In this document: piece after piece, positions 55,775 to 63,689 of the stretch
Position numbering within the stretch: the first letter of the stretch is position 1
Layout of the letters: every line of letters begins with the position of its first letter
From: Candidatus Micrarchaeota archaeon
Lineage (GTDB): Archaea; Micrarchaeota; Micrarchaeia; Micrarchaeales; CABMGC01
DNA length: 64,000 bases
Assembly (NCBI GenBank): GCA_021811535.1
Contig: JAJZOF010000016.1
Coordinates: 2,592-66,591 of the forward strand
Direction of reading: 5' to 3'
Notes under the pieces: model-generated
What the model saw: only the letters and a program-made list of their open reading frames with translations
What the model was told of the DNA's origin: nothing
Database searches by the model: none
Made by a program: the position numbers and the translations under genes

Positions 55775-55939
55775 TCACATTTTGGAAGAAGCTGCTCTTC
55801 CCTGCCTTCTTCCTGCCATGCAGCTGTCGCATATACCGTGGTTGTGGATGTGTCTGTGGCAGGCAGGTCTTCCGCACATCTTGCAACTCTCTTTGGCTAA
55901 TGACCCGCATATGTGGCACAGAGAAGTTATTTCCGACAT
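55775..55939 (-). CDS. 54-aa Cys/His-rich zinc-finger protein (HIT-like spacing)
   Basis: Hand-translated: MSEITSLCHICGSLAKESCKMCGRPACHRHIHNHGICDSCMAGRRQGRAASSKM. The ATG is 3 nt after the PriL-like stop. Absent from the ORF track because it is shorter than 60 aa. Confidence 0.5.
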   Translation of the reverse strand: MSEITSLCHICGSLAKESCKMCGRPACHRHIHNHGICDSCMAGRRQGRAASSKM

Positions 55940-55942
55940 GGA

Positions 55943-56872
55943 TTACCAGTTTATAGCATCGCCAAAAAGCTCCCTTGCCCTCTTGAGAGAAAGAGGGCGC
56001 AGCCCTTTGCTTTTGGCATATGAGCATTGATACCTTATGTAGCTCTGGTTAATATTCGTATTGGGATTGAGATCCTTGCAGAGGCTTATGTACTCGTTTA
56101 TTTTTGCGGTGGCTTCATCAATGCCTGCGCCTTTTACATTCACGAAATAAGGTGCGAGAATCAGGTTTACAGTCCTGTGCCTCACATCAGCTATAGGGGT
56201 TTTGAGTAGCTTCTCTATCCACGAATATCTTGAGTCCGCCTTTCTCGGCGATTCCTTATTCTGTGGCATCTCCAGCTTGATGCCTTTTGCGAATGCAATT
56301 ACCTCATCGGGTATCTCGCCTTTCTTTATCGGCAGGCCTTTGCTTATCTCCTGGAGCATCCTCGCGTGCATAAGCTTGAACATCTCCCCGTTCTCCATGA
56401 ATACCATCCCCCTGCTGAGCTTCTGGTTTACAAGTTCCATCCCCTTTGGCCTGAATGGCACTTTCGTATAATCAGAGAAGCCGATTACGTTAGCATCGCC
56501 CTCTTTCCGTATCTTCAGGCCGAGCTCATCGGAAAGCTTCTTTGCATCCTCTTCGCTTCCTTCCTCTCTGAGTATATTGTAGCACCTTCGTGCCTCTCCT
56601 TCAGCATAAGATTTTATGGCCAATTGGTCCCCTATGGCACTTGCAAGTAGTCTTGCGAATGGATAGCTTACCACGTACAGCTCCTTGAGGCTTTGGGGTA
56701 CCAGGTTTGAATACTTCTCTGCGGACTTGTTAAGCATGCTCCTGAATCGCAGCGCTCCTGCCTCCAGATATTCCTTCTTTATCTCTTTTCCCAAGGACGC
56801 GGCTATGACTTTCGCTTCCTCTGAGAACGGATATTTATATGCAAAGTCGAGGTCTTTCCCGTCATGCGCCAT
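55943..56872 (-). CDS. priL: DNA primase large subunit PriL-like protein lacking the Fe-S cysteine ligands
   Basis: N-terminal FAYKYPF motif. The C-terminal region (YSWIEKLL..ADVRHRTVNLILAPYFVNVKGAGIDEA...IRYQCSY...LRPLSL) parallels the remembered PriL-CTD pattern PPC(I/M)K.LL...H.GRF....FL.N.G...DE...RYQ..H....Y.PPSC. Only 3 Cys in the whole protein. Confidence 0.55.
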   Translation of the reverse strand: MAHDGKDLDFAYKYPFSEEAKVIAASLGKEIKKEYLEAGALRFRSMLNKSAEKYSNLVPQSLKELYVVSYPFARLLASAIGDQLAIKSYAEGEARRCYNILREEGSEEDAKKLSDELGLKIRKEGDANVIGFSDYTKVPFRPKGMELVNQKLSRGMVFMENGEMFKLMHARMLQEISKGLPIKKGEIPDEVIAFAKGIKLEMPQNKESPRKADSRYSWIEKLLKTPIADVRHRTVNLILAPYFVNVKGAGIDEATAKINEYISLCKDLNPNTNINQSYIRYQCSYAKSKGLRPLSLKRARELFGDAINW

Positions 56873-56923
56873 ATATAATTATTATTAAGCTTATTTGTTA
56901 TATAGATATCGCAATGTGGTTTT

Positions 56924-57523
56924 ATGGCTGATGATAATCCCTGGGATGAGAGCCTTAACCAGTTTATGGACGAGCTTGATAAAGCCTCTTCTAAGAAACT
57001 CAATATTAGCATAAAGGATATGCTCTCAGACCCGGATAAATATTCGAAAGACGCTAAATTCGATGCCAATTTAGCAGCGATGAAGCAGCTGGTCATCTCT
57101 TATTTTGGAGAGATGATTGATGCGATTCCAGAAGAGAAGCAGCGCGTCTCGAATGAGCTGGGGAGGGTGGATAAGGAGTATCAGGCCATAGACAGCACAG
57201 TAAAAGACAAGGCTTCCTTTGTCAATGTCCCATACATAGAGCCAACCGGGCTCGACTTCGATGTGGACAAGCAGGAAGTGATAACGATAAGCGGGGCTGA
57301 CAATAGTATAGACGGGCTGATCTCGAAACTGCTCGGCATCTCCAATTATGTTGCAAATGTCTCCACGCAGTATAAGAACTATATGCTTGGGGCCTGGTAC
57401 TTCTCTGGAACCACACGCGGCTACCAGCTTGTAATCGATCCTCCGGTAAGCAGGGTAATCATCTTCGAAAACGCAAAGGATAGTATAGTAAATCTCCTGG
57501 ATTCCCTAAAGGCGGGCGCTTAG
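56924..57523 (+). CDS. Hypothetical protein (199 aa), no family recognised
   Basis: Clean ORF with an ATG start. Its stop abuts the start of the Fap7-like kinase gene. Confidence 0.5.
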   Translation: MADDNPWDESLNQFMDELDKASSKKLNISIKDMLSDPDKYSKDAKFDANLAAMKQLVISYFGEMIDAIPEEKQRVSNELGRVDKEYQAIDSTVKDKASFVNVPYIEPTGLDFDVDKQEVITISGADNSIDGLISKLLGISNYVANVSTQYKNYMLGAWYFSGTTRGYQLVIDPPVSRVIIFENAKDSIVNLLDSLKAGA

Positions 57524-58102
57524 TTGCTCCACAAGAAACGCATTATTGTAGTGATAACCGGCACTCCGGGCACGGGCAAGACAACGCTGGCAAGAAGCCT
57601 TTCGCGCAGGCTTGGCGGAACGCTTCTCAATATAAATGATATCATATTGTCGAATAAACTCTATACTGGGAAGGATGAGTTTGGCACGAGGATTGTAGAC
57701 CTTGTGAAGCTGAGGAAGAAGCTGCTTGAGATGATCAACAGTTCATCAGGTACATTGGTGCTTGACAGCCACCTTTTATCCGATATAGTGATTGAAGGCC
57801 ACTGCAACGCCATGGTATATGCGATAGTCCTCAGGCTGCATCTGAAGCCGCTGCTGAAGCGCCTAATCGCAAGGAATTATCCGGATGCTAAGATAAAGGA
57901 CAACATTGTCTCAGAGGCACTTGGATACTGCAGCCGCATGGCAAGGGAGAGATACTCGAATGTCATTGAGATTGAATCGGGAAGGGGGGCATTAAGCATG
58001 GCAATGAAGGAACTCGAGAAGGCTCATGTAAGAACCAGGGAGCTTGACTATGGTAACGAACTGCTCTGGATTATAAGAAAGCATCCAGAATATGCCATAT
58101 GA
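57524..58102 (+). CDS. Fap7/AK6-type putative adenylate kinase (ribosome biogenesis NTPase)
   Basis: P-loop ITGTPGTGKTTLARSL. H-containing LVLDSHLLSD and VLRLHLKPLLKRL segments typical of the archaeal Fap7-like family. TTG start. Confidence 0.7.
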   Translation: MLHKKRIIVVITGTPGTGKTTLARSLSRRLGGTLLNINDIILSNKLYTGKDEFGTRIVDLVKLRKKLLEMINSSSGTLVLDSHLLSDIVIEGHCNAMVYAIVLRLHLKPLLKRLIARNYPDAKIKDNIVSEALGYCSRMARERYSNVIEIESGRGALSMAMKELEKAHVRTRELDYGNELLWIIRKHPEYAI

Positions 58103-59470
58103 CTATGCGCTGAGCTTCCTAGAGAGTTCGATGTAGAGTGTTTCCTTTATATCTTCCGGCAATTCGCAGAAAAAGAATTCGCACCTTGAGAAATCTATAT
58201 CCTTCCTTTTCCCGAGTATTTTGCCGGAGCTTACATCGTACATAAAAGCAGCTAGGGTAGGATACCTGTTCTGCACCAATGCGCAGATGAATTCACCGTT
58301 TATCGTAAACCCCTTTGCATCCTTGTGGTGCTTCATGAAGTCTTCCACTGCCTTAGGCATGAATACGCTTGGGCCTCTCTGCACTCTTGTGTTTATCTCC
58401 TCCTTAGGCGAAGCGAAGAAGATGTAAGGCGAATCCCTGAACATGAATACCAGATCGATGTATATCCTGAATCCATACTTTTCCGCTTCTGTTTTCAGTA
58501 TGTCTGCGCTTTTTCTGGCTTGAGGCCATATTATGTCATCTGTTTTCCTTGAGGATCTTACTTTAAGCAGATAGGTGTTGAGCCCCAGCCTTGAAATCGT
58601 CTCATCGAGCTTCCTGCTTACATCGTCTGAAGAGTACCTTATGCCCAGGAATATGTCTTCGCCAGGGTTTTCGTGGAGGTAGCGGAGAAGCAGTATGGCT
58701 CTTGAGAGGGATTCCATGGATACGCCCGCTGCCACATTCCTGTTATTATCGACAGGGTCTATCACTACAAAGGAGCTTCCAAAGCGCTTTGAGGCTTCGT
58801 ACTCTTCGCCTCTCTTAGCTCCCAGTACTATGGGCAGCTTTGCCTTCGGAAGCGTCTCGCAGAGTCTCTCAAGGGAACCGGCATAGTATATGAGCAGCTC
58901 GCAGAGATACCCTGAAAATCCGGATATCTTAATCTCTGCACCGTATATGCCGTTCATCTTAAGCAGGTATTTTAAAACGCGGGTGTCATCCCTCATCCTT
59001 TCGTTAAACTTTGAGTTTATGAAATCCGTATGAAGAGGGGTCCTGTCTACTGCCGTGCCCATCTTCTCTATGTTGTCTATCTTAAAGGCAGGAACTATAT
59101 CTGCTTTTATGCCAAGGTCGTTCAGGTACAGCCGCATGTAAGGATGTTCTGCATACTTTATCTCGAAAGAGTCACCTTTCCTTAGGGCTTTTTTGGCGTA
59201 TGAAAGCCCTTTTTTTATTATCATGTCTTTCTTGAGATTTGTGCTGAAGAGAAGGAATATGTCGATATCTGCGTTGCCTTTCAGATTTGTGCCTCTCGAT
59301 ATGGAACCGGTTACGCGTATCTCCACATCTTTAGGAACTGATTTTTTCAATCTTGAGGAGAGCATGTTTACCAGATATACAGTCTCCTGCAGTTCTTCCT
59401 TGGAGGGTTTTATATCCGCAAGTATCCTCTTCCTGACTTGATTGAACTTATCAGCGGCTTTTCCGGCCAT
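58103..59470 (-). CDS. cca: CCA-adding enzyme (archaeal class I tRNA nucleotidyltransferase)
   Basis: RVTGSISRGTNLKGNADIDIFLLF catalytic motif. The size (455 aa) is typical. Confidence 0.88.
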   Translation of the reverse strand: MAGKAADKFNQVRKRILADIKPSKEELQETVYLVNMLSSRLKKSVPKDVEIRVTGSISRGTNLKGNADIDIFLLFSTNLKKDMIIKKGLSYAKKALRKGDSFEIKYAEHPYMRLYLNDLGIKADIVPAFKIDNIEKMGTAVDRTPLHTDFINSKFNERMRDDTRVLKYLLKMNGIYGAEIKISGFSGYLCELLIYYAGSLERLCETLPKAKLPIVLGAKRGEEYEASKRFGSSFVVIDPVDNNRNVAAGVSMESLSRAILLLRYLHENPGEDIFLGIRYSSDDVSRKLDETISRLGLNTYLLKVRSSRKTDDIIWPQARKSADILKTEAEKYGFRIYIDLVFMFRDSPYIFFASPKEEINTRVQRGPSVFMPKAVEDFMKHHKDAKGFTINGEFICALVQNRYPTLAAFMYDVSSGKILGKRKDIDFSRCEFFFCELPEDIKETLYIELSRKLSA

Positions 59471-59525
59471 GATTTTATAGGTATAATCAATAATATAAGC
59501 CTTTAATGATATCTAGAATAAATAA

Positions 59526-59597
59526 AGGGCTCGTAGCGCAGCAGTAGCGCGTTTCGTTCGCAACGAAAAGGCCGCGGGTGCGAATCCCGCCGAGTCC
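59526..59597 (+). tRNA. tRNA-Ala (anticodon CGC), unusual D/T loops
   Basis: Hand-folded: acceptor GGGCUCG/CGAGUCC with G3:U70, D-arm GCGC-AGCAGUA-GCGC, anticodon arm UUUCG-UUCGCAA-CGAAA, T-arm GCGGG-UGCGAAU-CCCGC, discriminator A. No encoded CCA. Confidence 0.7.
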
Positions 59598-59654
59598 ATT
59601 AACATTTCCTTCGTGAGATGGTGTAATGGACTTCCTCTTCATTTTGATGGAATG

Positions 59655-60236
59655 CTAAGCCTTTGATGGTTTATAATAAAGTATGACATTGCCTGACTTA
59701 AACTGTTTTGTCTTAATCAGCTCCAGATTCAATTTCCGGCCCAGCCCATCCAGTATTGGTGTTCCTTTTCCGATGACTACTGGATTCACCATGAACCTAA
59801 ACTCGTCTATCAGACCCTCTTTTACAAACGAAAGGGAGAGATTAGATCCGCCGACCCATATTCCCTTTCCTGGCTGTTCCTTCAGAGTCCTTATCTCTTC
59901 GGCATTGAATTCCTTGACAAGTCTCACGTTCTTCCAATTTCCGTGCTCTTCCACCTTATCTAGTGTCTTGGAGAAGACAATCTTAGGTGTGGCGTTCATC
60001 AGCCTTGCGACATGGATGTCATCCTGGTATTTCGGGTTAGACTCTGCTTCAGGCCAGAACGCTTCCATCAACTGGTAAGTCCTCCTGCCCCAAATGAACA
60101 AGTCGAGCTCGTTCAACCATGAGTCTACTATGAACTTATTAAACTCTCCGTCAACTTTGTGCCACGAGATATCGTGGTTAGGACCTTCGAAGTAGCCGTC
60201 CAGGCTCAGCGTCATGAACATATACATTTTCCGCAT
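59655..60236 (-). CDS. RibD C-terminal / dihydrofolate reductase-like domain protein
   Basis: MFMTLSLDGYFEGPN...WGRRTYQLME...WVGGSNLSLSF...ELIKTKQFKSGNVILYY matches the RibD_C/YwjB pattern. Confidence 0.7.
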   Translation of the reverse strand: MRKMYMFMTLSLDGYFEGPNHDISWHKVDGEFNKFIVDSWLNELDLFIWGRRTYQLMEAFWPEAESNPKYQDDIHVARLMNATPKIVFSKTLDKVEEHGNWKNVRLVKEFNAEEIRTLKEQPGKGIWVGGSNLSLSFVKEGLIDEFRFMVNPVVIGKGTPILDGLGRKLNLELIKTKQFKSGNVILYYKPSKA

Positions 60237-60343
60237 GCAATCATCAGTATATATCAGTAAGCAGTTGTATAATAATGCTTATCCGAAGGGACTGCCCGAA
60301 AAGCTGCAAGGACGCCGAGTCCACTTCGATTCCCTCTGGCTTC

Positions 60344-60694
60344 TTATGATTGCTTGTAGCCAAATCTCCTTTCATATTCATGATGTTGGAGCCATTCCAA
60401 AAGTATCGATACTATTTCTAATTGATTGCCTTGTATAGTATAGATTAGTCTCCAGCCATCAGGCAAGTTATATTTTCTCAGGTTGTTGATATCATATTTT
60501 CTTATATATTCCATGGGCCAGAGATTTTTCGGCACCTTAATGCCTGCAAGTGGGTCTTCTTTTAGCGCCAGAATTGCTTTCTCTATCCATCCAGAAAGCA
60601 TTTTTTCTTCGAATTTACCAGATTTGAGTTCGAGAAATGCCTTGTAAATGGATTCGTCTCCAAATCCAACCTTCTTAATACGGAGATCTTTCAA
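60344..60694 (-). CDS. RelE/ParE-superfamily type II toxin
   Basis: The C-terminal pattern NLRKYNLPDGWRLIYTIQGNQLEIVSILLEWLQHHEYERRF is typical. 4-nt overlap with the upstream small gene. Confidence 0.65.
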   Translation of the reverse strand: MKDLRIKKVGFGDESIYKAFLELKSGKFEEKMLSGWIEKAILALKEDPLAGIKVPKNLWPMEYIRKYDINNLRKYNLPDGWRLIYTIQGNQLEIVSILLEWLQHHEYERRFGYKQS

Positions 60695-60978
60695 GCAACC
60701 ACTAGGCCTTTCTTTTTAAGCTCCTCGACTTTGCGCGGATTCCATATCCAAATAACGGTCTTATCCTTATCAATTATTATCTTCCCTGAGTACTCCAAAT
60801 AGTTAAGAATTGTAATATACGTAGTCCACATTACCTTCTTTGGCAGGAGCTTCCATATTTGAGTCGTCGTTTTATCGCTGCCGTACTTATAAGCTGCCTT
60901 TTCCACCATCAATATTGTGTCTAGCCGTGGAGATCTGTCAAGTTTTCTTATTTTTGCCTTTAGCATTTGCTCTTGCAT
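60691..60978 (-). CDS. Winged-helix antitoxin-like protein
   Basis: 95-aa ORF overlapping the toxin start by 4 nt (ATGA-type coupling). wHTH-like TTTQIWKLLPKKVMWTTYITILNYLEYSGKI. Confidence 0.55.
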   Translation of the reverse strand: MQEQMLKAKIRKLDRSPRLDTILMVEKAAYKYGSDKTTTQIWKLLPKKVMWTTYITILNYLEYSGKIIIDKDKTVIWIWNPRKVEELKKKGLVVA

Positions 60979-60989
60979 TATATCAACTG

Positions 60990-61015
60990 ATATATTTATC
61001 CATTGATAAATATAT
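60990..61015. promoter_or_regulatory. Perfect 11-bp inverted repeat (ATATATTTATC-CATT-GATAAATATAT) just upstream of the TA operon start
   Basis: Read directly. Lies 12-37 nt upstream of the antitoxin ATG (60978) on the minus strand. AT-rich, so it may double as a TATA region and operator. Confidence 0.45.
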
Positions 61016-61102
61016 AAAGCTTTCCAATAAACTTTTTTAGCTGTTTTGTCGTGGTGAACTCTGCATCCACGCTGCGTGGTGTTCGATGGACCTTAAGTCC
61101 AC

Positions 61103-61125
61103 AAAACTTCTTAAAAAGAAGTTTT
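61103..61125. repeat. Perfect 10-bp stem / 3-nt loop palindrome (AAAACTTCTT-AAA-AAGAAGTTTT)
   Basis: Read directly. Lies in the divergent intergenic region, 40 nt upstream of the AlkZ-like gene start. Confidence 0.5.
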
Positions 61126-61164
61126 ATCAAGAACCCGAGATAGTATTGGGTCTTAAATACGTTT

Positions 61165-62289
61165 ATGACTATTCTTATCGTGAATCATTCCGATATAATT
61201 GGTTATCGTATTTCAGCCCAGCATATAACTGGAGATTTGAATACTCCTGAACAGGTACTCGAATCTATGGGAGCTGTTCAGGCTCAAGATTATACTGCGT
61301 CTCTTTGGGCTGTTGGGCTGAGATGTAAGGAAGGCACCACAGTAGCTGATATTGAAAGGGCCGTAAACGAAAGGAAAATAGCAAGAACATGGCTAATGCG
61401 TGGCACCATACATTTTGCAGCCGCCAAGGACATACACTGGATGATGAAGCTCTTTGCACCTCGGCTTTTAAGCACTTCTAGGATGCGAGATAGGCACTTG
61501 GGCTTGAGCGACAATGTAGTGGAAAGGACAAAAAAGTTATTTTACAATGCGTTGAAGAAGGAAAAAAAACTTACGCGAAAGGAGATGTATAAGGTGCTTG
61601 AGAAGGGCGGAGTTCCATCAAAAAACAATCTTGGCTACCACATGCTTTACCGTGCCGCGTGGGACGGATTGATATGCTTTGGGCCATATTCTGGGAAGGA
61701 GCAGACATTTGTGCTCATGGATGACTACATAGAGGAAGGGAATGTGCTATCCGCAGAGCAAGCTAAAGCTGAGCTGGCCAAGAGGTATTTCACAAGCCAC
61801 GGGCCTGCAACGATTAGGGATTATGGATGGTGGTCCGGATTGACGGTCAAGGATGCGAAGATAGGAATAGAAATGGCAGGATCTTCCCTTAGAGAAGAGA
61901 CAATAGATGGAAAAACATATTACATGTCAAAGAAAATCTCTAAGCCGGATAACTGGCAGTCCGTCCGTCTTCTTCCTGCATTTGATGAATATCTTGTAAG
62001 CTATGCCGATAGAGAAGCGATGCTGGGAAATCCTAAGATGCAACATGCACTGAATGGAACGCTCAAGGCGGGAAAGGTATCGATAATTCATAGCAATGGT
62101 ATATTTGTTCCTGTTATAATTGTTGATGGGGAAGTGGTTGGAGCATGGAGCAGAAAGATTGTAAAGGGTAAGATGACAATAACACTTAAGCAGTATGTGA
62201 AGCTGGACAAGGATGGAATTAAAGAGGCAAAGGAAGAGGTAGAAAGATACGGAAGTTTCTTCGGACTTGAAACTGTTGTAAATTATTGA
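61165..62289 (+). CDS. Winged-helix DNA glycosylase-like protein (AlkZ/YcaQ, DUF1006-type)
   Basis: MGAVQAQDYTASLWAVGLR...RTWLMRGTIHF...RYFTSHGPATIRDYGWWSGL pattern typical of the family, including a Q-x-Q motif. Confidence 0.65.
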   Translation: MTILIVNHSDIIGYRISAQHITGDLNTPEQVLESMGAVQAQDYTASLWAVGLRCKEGTTVADIERAVNERKIARTWLMRGTIHFAAAKDIHWMMKLFAPRLLSTSRMRDRHLGLSDNVVERTKKLFYNALKKEKKLTRKEMYKVLEKGGVPSKNNLGYHMLYRAAWDGLICFGPYSGKEQTFVLMDDYIEEGNVLSAEQAKAELAKRYFTSHGPATIRDYGWWSGLTVKDAKIGIEMAGSSLREETIDGKTYYMSKKISKPDNWQSVRLLPAFDEYLVSYADREAMLGNPKMQHALNGTLKAGKVSIIHSNGIFVPVIIVDGEVVGAWSRKIVKGKMTITLKQYVKLDKDGIKEAKEEVERYGSFFGLETVVNY

Positions 62290-62504
62290 TTTAAGTTCTT
62301 ACTATAAATATGCTTGCCAAATTGACCATGAGGGTGCAGTAATTATGCCGAATTACTTTTATTTTTATCTGGATTCAATTGCTTGGCAAACCCCGCAAAA
62401 TCCCATCCTTCCTAAGTCTCAGCTATTTTGCCGTCTTTGATTTGTATCGTAATACCCTTGTGCTGATAAGTGTTATGTTTGATTTTGGGATAAAATCTAA
62501 TTGA

Positions 62505-62744
62505 TTAATTAATCTTATCACTCAGCTCTTTCATCATATCTTGAGCGTTTCTCTTTGCTCTTCTTTGTATGCCTGCCCTCTCTGCAAGTTCTTTTGTATT
62601 CAGCTCAGTAAAGACATGGAACTGATTATTGTTCTTCTTGAATATAAGGTACTTATATCCCTCAAGCTCATGAAGTTTCATACGAATGGCATATTTTGTC
62701 CTGTGTGTTGGTCTAATAGTTGGCTTTCTTGTCGTATAATTCAC
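62505..62744 (-). CDS. Hypothetical small basic protein
   Basis: 79-aa ORF (possibly 58 aa from an internal ATG). HTH-like TKELAERAGIQRRAKRNAQ segment. No family recognised. Confidence 0.35.
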   Translation of the reverse strand: MNYTTRKPTIRPTHRTKYAIRMKLHELEGYKYLIFKKNNNQFHVFTELNTKELAERAGIQRRAKRNAQDMMKELSDKIN

Positions 62745-62789
62745 CAGATAATTAAACTACAAAGCCTATCGAAAAGAAAGACTTAAATA

Positions 62790-62811
62790 TATATCATTAT
62801 ATATATCATTA
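62790..62811 (+). promoter_or_regulatory. Direct repeat TATATCATTA x2 (12-bp register) upstream of the PadR operon
   Basis: Read directly, 9-30 nt upstream of the ATG at 62820. Candidate TATA/operator. Confidence 0.3.
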
Positions 62812-62819
62812 GTGATATA

Positions 62820-63050
62820 ATGAGAAATATGGAGAAAGAAGATTGCGGATGTAGCTGCAGATGCGGAGGCGGAGGAATGCGCAGGCATATGGGCTCCTGG
62901 GATAAGGACTCCGATGATAAGGACCTGACAGATGGCGAACTGGCTGAACGACTAAAGTACTATAAAGATGACCTTGCAGAGGAGATGAAGCTGATAGATA
63001 AGAGGATAGAAGATCTCAAAGCAGGGGATACAAGGAAAAGTGGCAAATAG
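62820..63050 (+). CDS. Small Cys/Gly-rich N-terminus plus coiled-coil protein (DUF5320-like)
   Basis: CGCSCRCGGGG followed by the acidic coiled coil ELAERLKYYKDDLAEEMKLIDKRIEDLK. The stop overlaps the PadR gene start. Confidence 0.5.
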   Translation: MRNMEKEDCGCSCRCGGGGMRRHMGSWDKDSDDKDLTDGELAERLKYYKDDLAEEMKLIDKRIEDLKAGDTRKSGK

Positions 63051-63430
63051 TGCAGGCAATGTCAATAAATTCAGGATGCTGCAGATGTGGTCCATTTAGG
63101 GTTAACGTGATACCTCACGGGCTTCTCAAGCCATATATCCTTAAGCTTGTATCGAATAAGCCTATGTACGGCTTTGAAATAATGGAACAAATATTTGAGA
63201 AGACGGGCGGCATGTGGCGACCCGGCCCCGCAGCCACGTACACTACGCTTGAGTGGTTGGAAAGAAACGGATATGTAAAGACATTAGACGTAGATAGGAA
63301 ATCCGAAAAGCAGAGGAAACGTTATAAAATAACGGACAAAGGATCTGCAGCAGTCGCAGACTATGCCGAAGCGTCAAAAGCGATAGCGAGCCGTATGAAA
63401 AAGTTCAGGTTGCTGTACGGCGGTCTTTAA
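63050..63430 (+). CDS. PadR-family transcriptional regulator
   Basis: LKPYILKLVSNKPMYGFEIMEQIFEKTGGMWRPGPAATYTTLEWLERNGYV...KRYKITDKG is a classic PadR wHTH. Confidence 0.8.
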   Translation: MQAMSINSGCCRCGPFRVNVIPHGLLKPYILKLVSNKPMYGFEIMEQIFEKTGGMWRPGPAATYTTLEWLERNGYVKTLDVDRKSEKQRKRYKITDKGSAAVADYAEASKAIASRMKKFRLLYGGL

Positions 63431-63470
63431 TAGTTAGTGTATCCATAATTAATAATCAAATGGTGTATAA

Positions 63471-63689
63471 ATGGTAAATAAACAAAAGGGAGGCTTCGGA
63501 GCACACAACATGGCCGGGTCAGACAGAGTCATTCGTGTGATATTAGGGGTCATTTTCGTTGCGCTGGCGCTGCTGTATGGCGGCTTGCTATACATAATTC
63601 TGGGCGTATTGGGAGTGGTGTTCATATTAACTTCCGCAGTAAACTCCTGTCCGATATACAGTGCGTTGGGAATCTCAACAAAGAAATGA
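63471..63689 (+). CDS. DUF2892 (YgaP C-terminal-like) small membrane protein
   Basis: GSDRVIRVILGVIFVALA...LGVVFILTSAVNSCPIYSALGI matches the DUF2892 pattern. Confidence 0.65.
   Translation: MVNKQKGGFGAHNMAGSDRVIRVILGVIFVALALLYGGLLYIILGVLGVVFILTSAVNSCPIYSALGISTKK

Noticed and set aside
55701-56030. 108-aa (-) and 91-aa (+) ORFs from the ORF track between trxB and the PriL-like gene.
   Set aside because: Both overlap the PriL-like 3' end and have featureless translations. The third frame gives a compact Cys/His zinc-finger ORF starting 3 nt after the PriL stop, which explains the region better.
61103-61125. 10-bp perfect hairpin as an intrinsic terminator.
   Set aside because: It sits in a divergent promoter region with no gene ending next to it on either strand, so a terminator role is unlikely. 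It is kept only as a palindrome of unknown (possibly operator) function.
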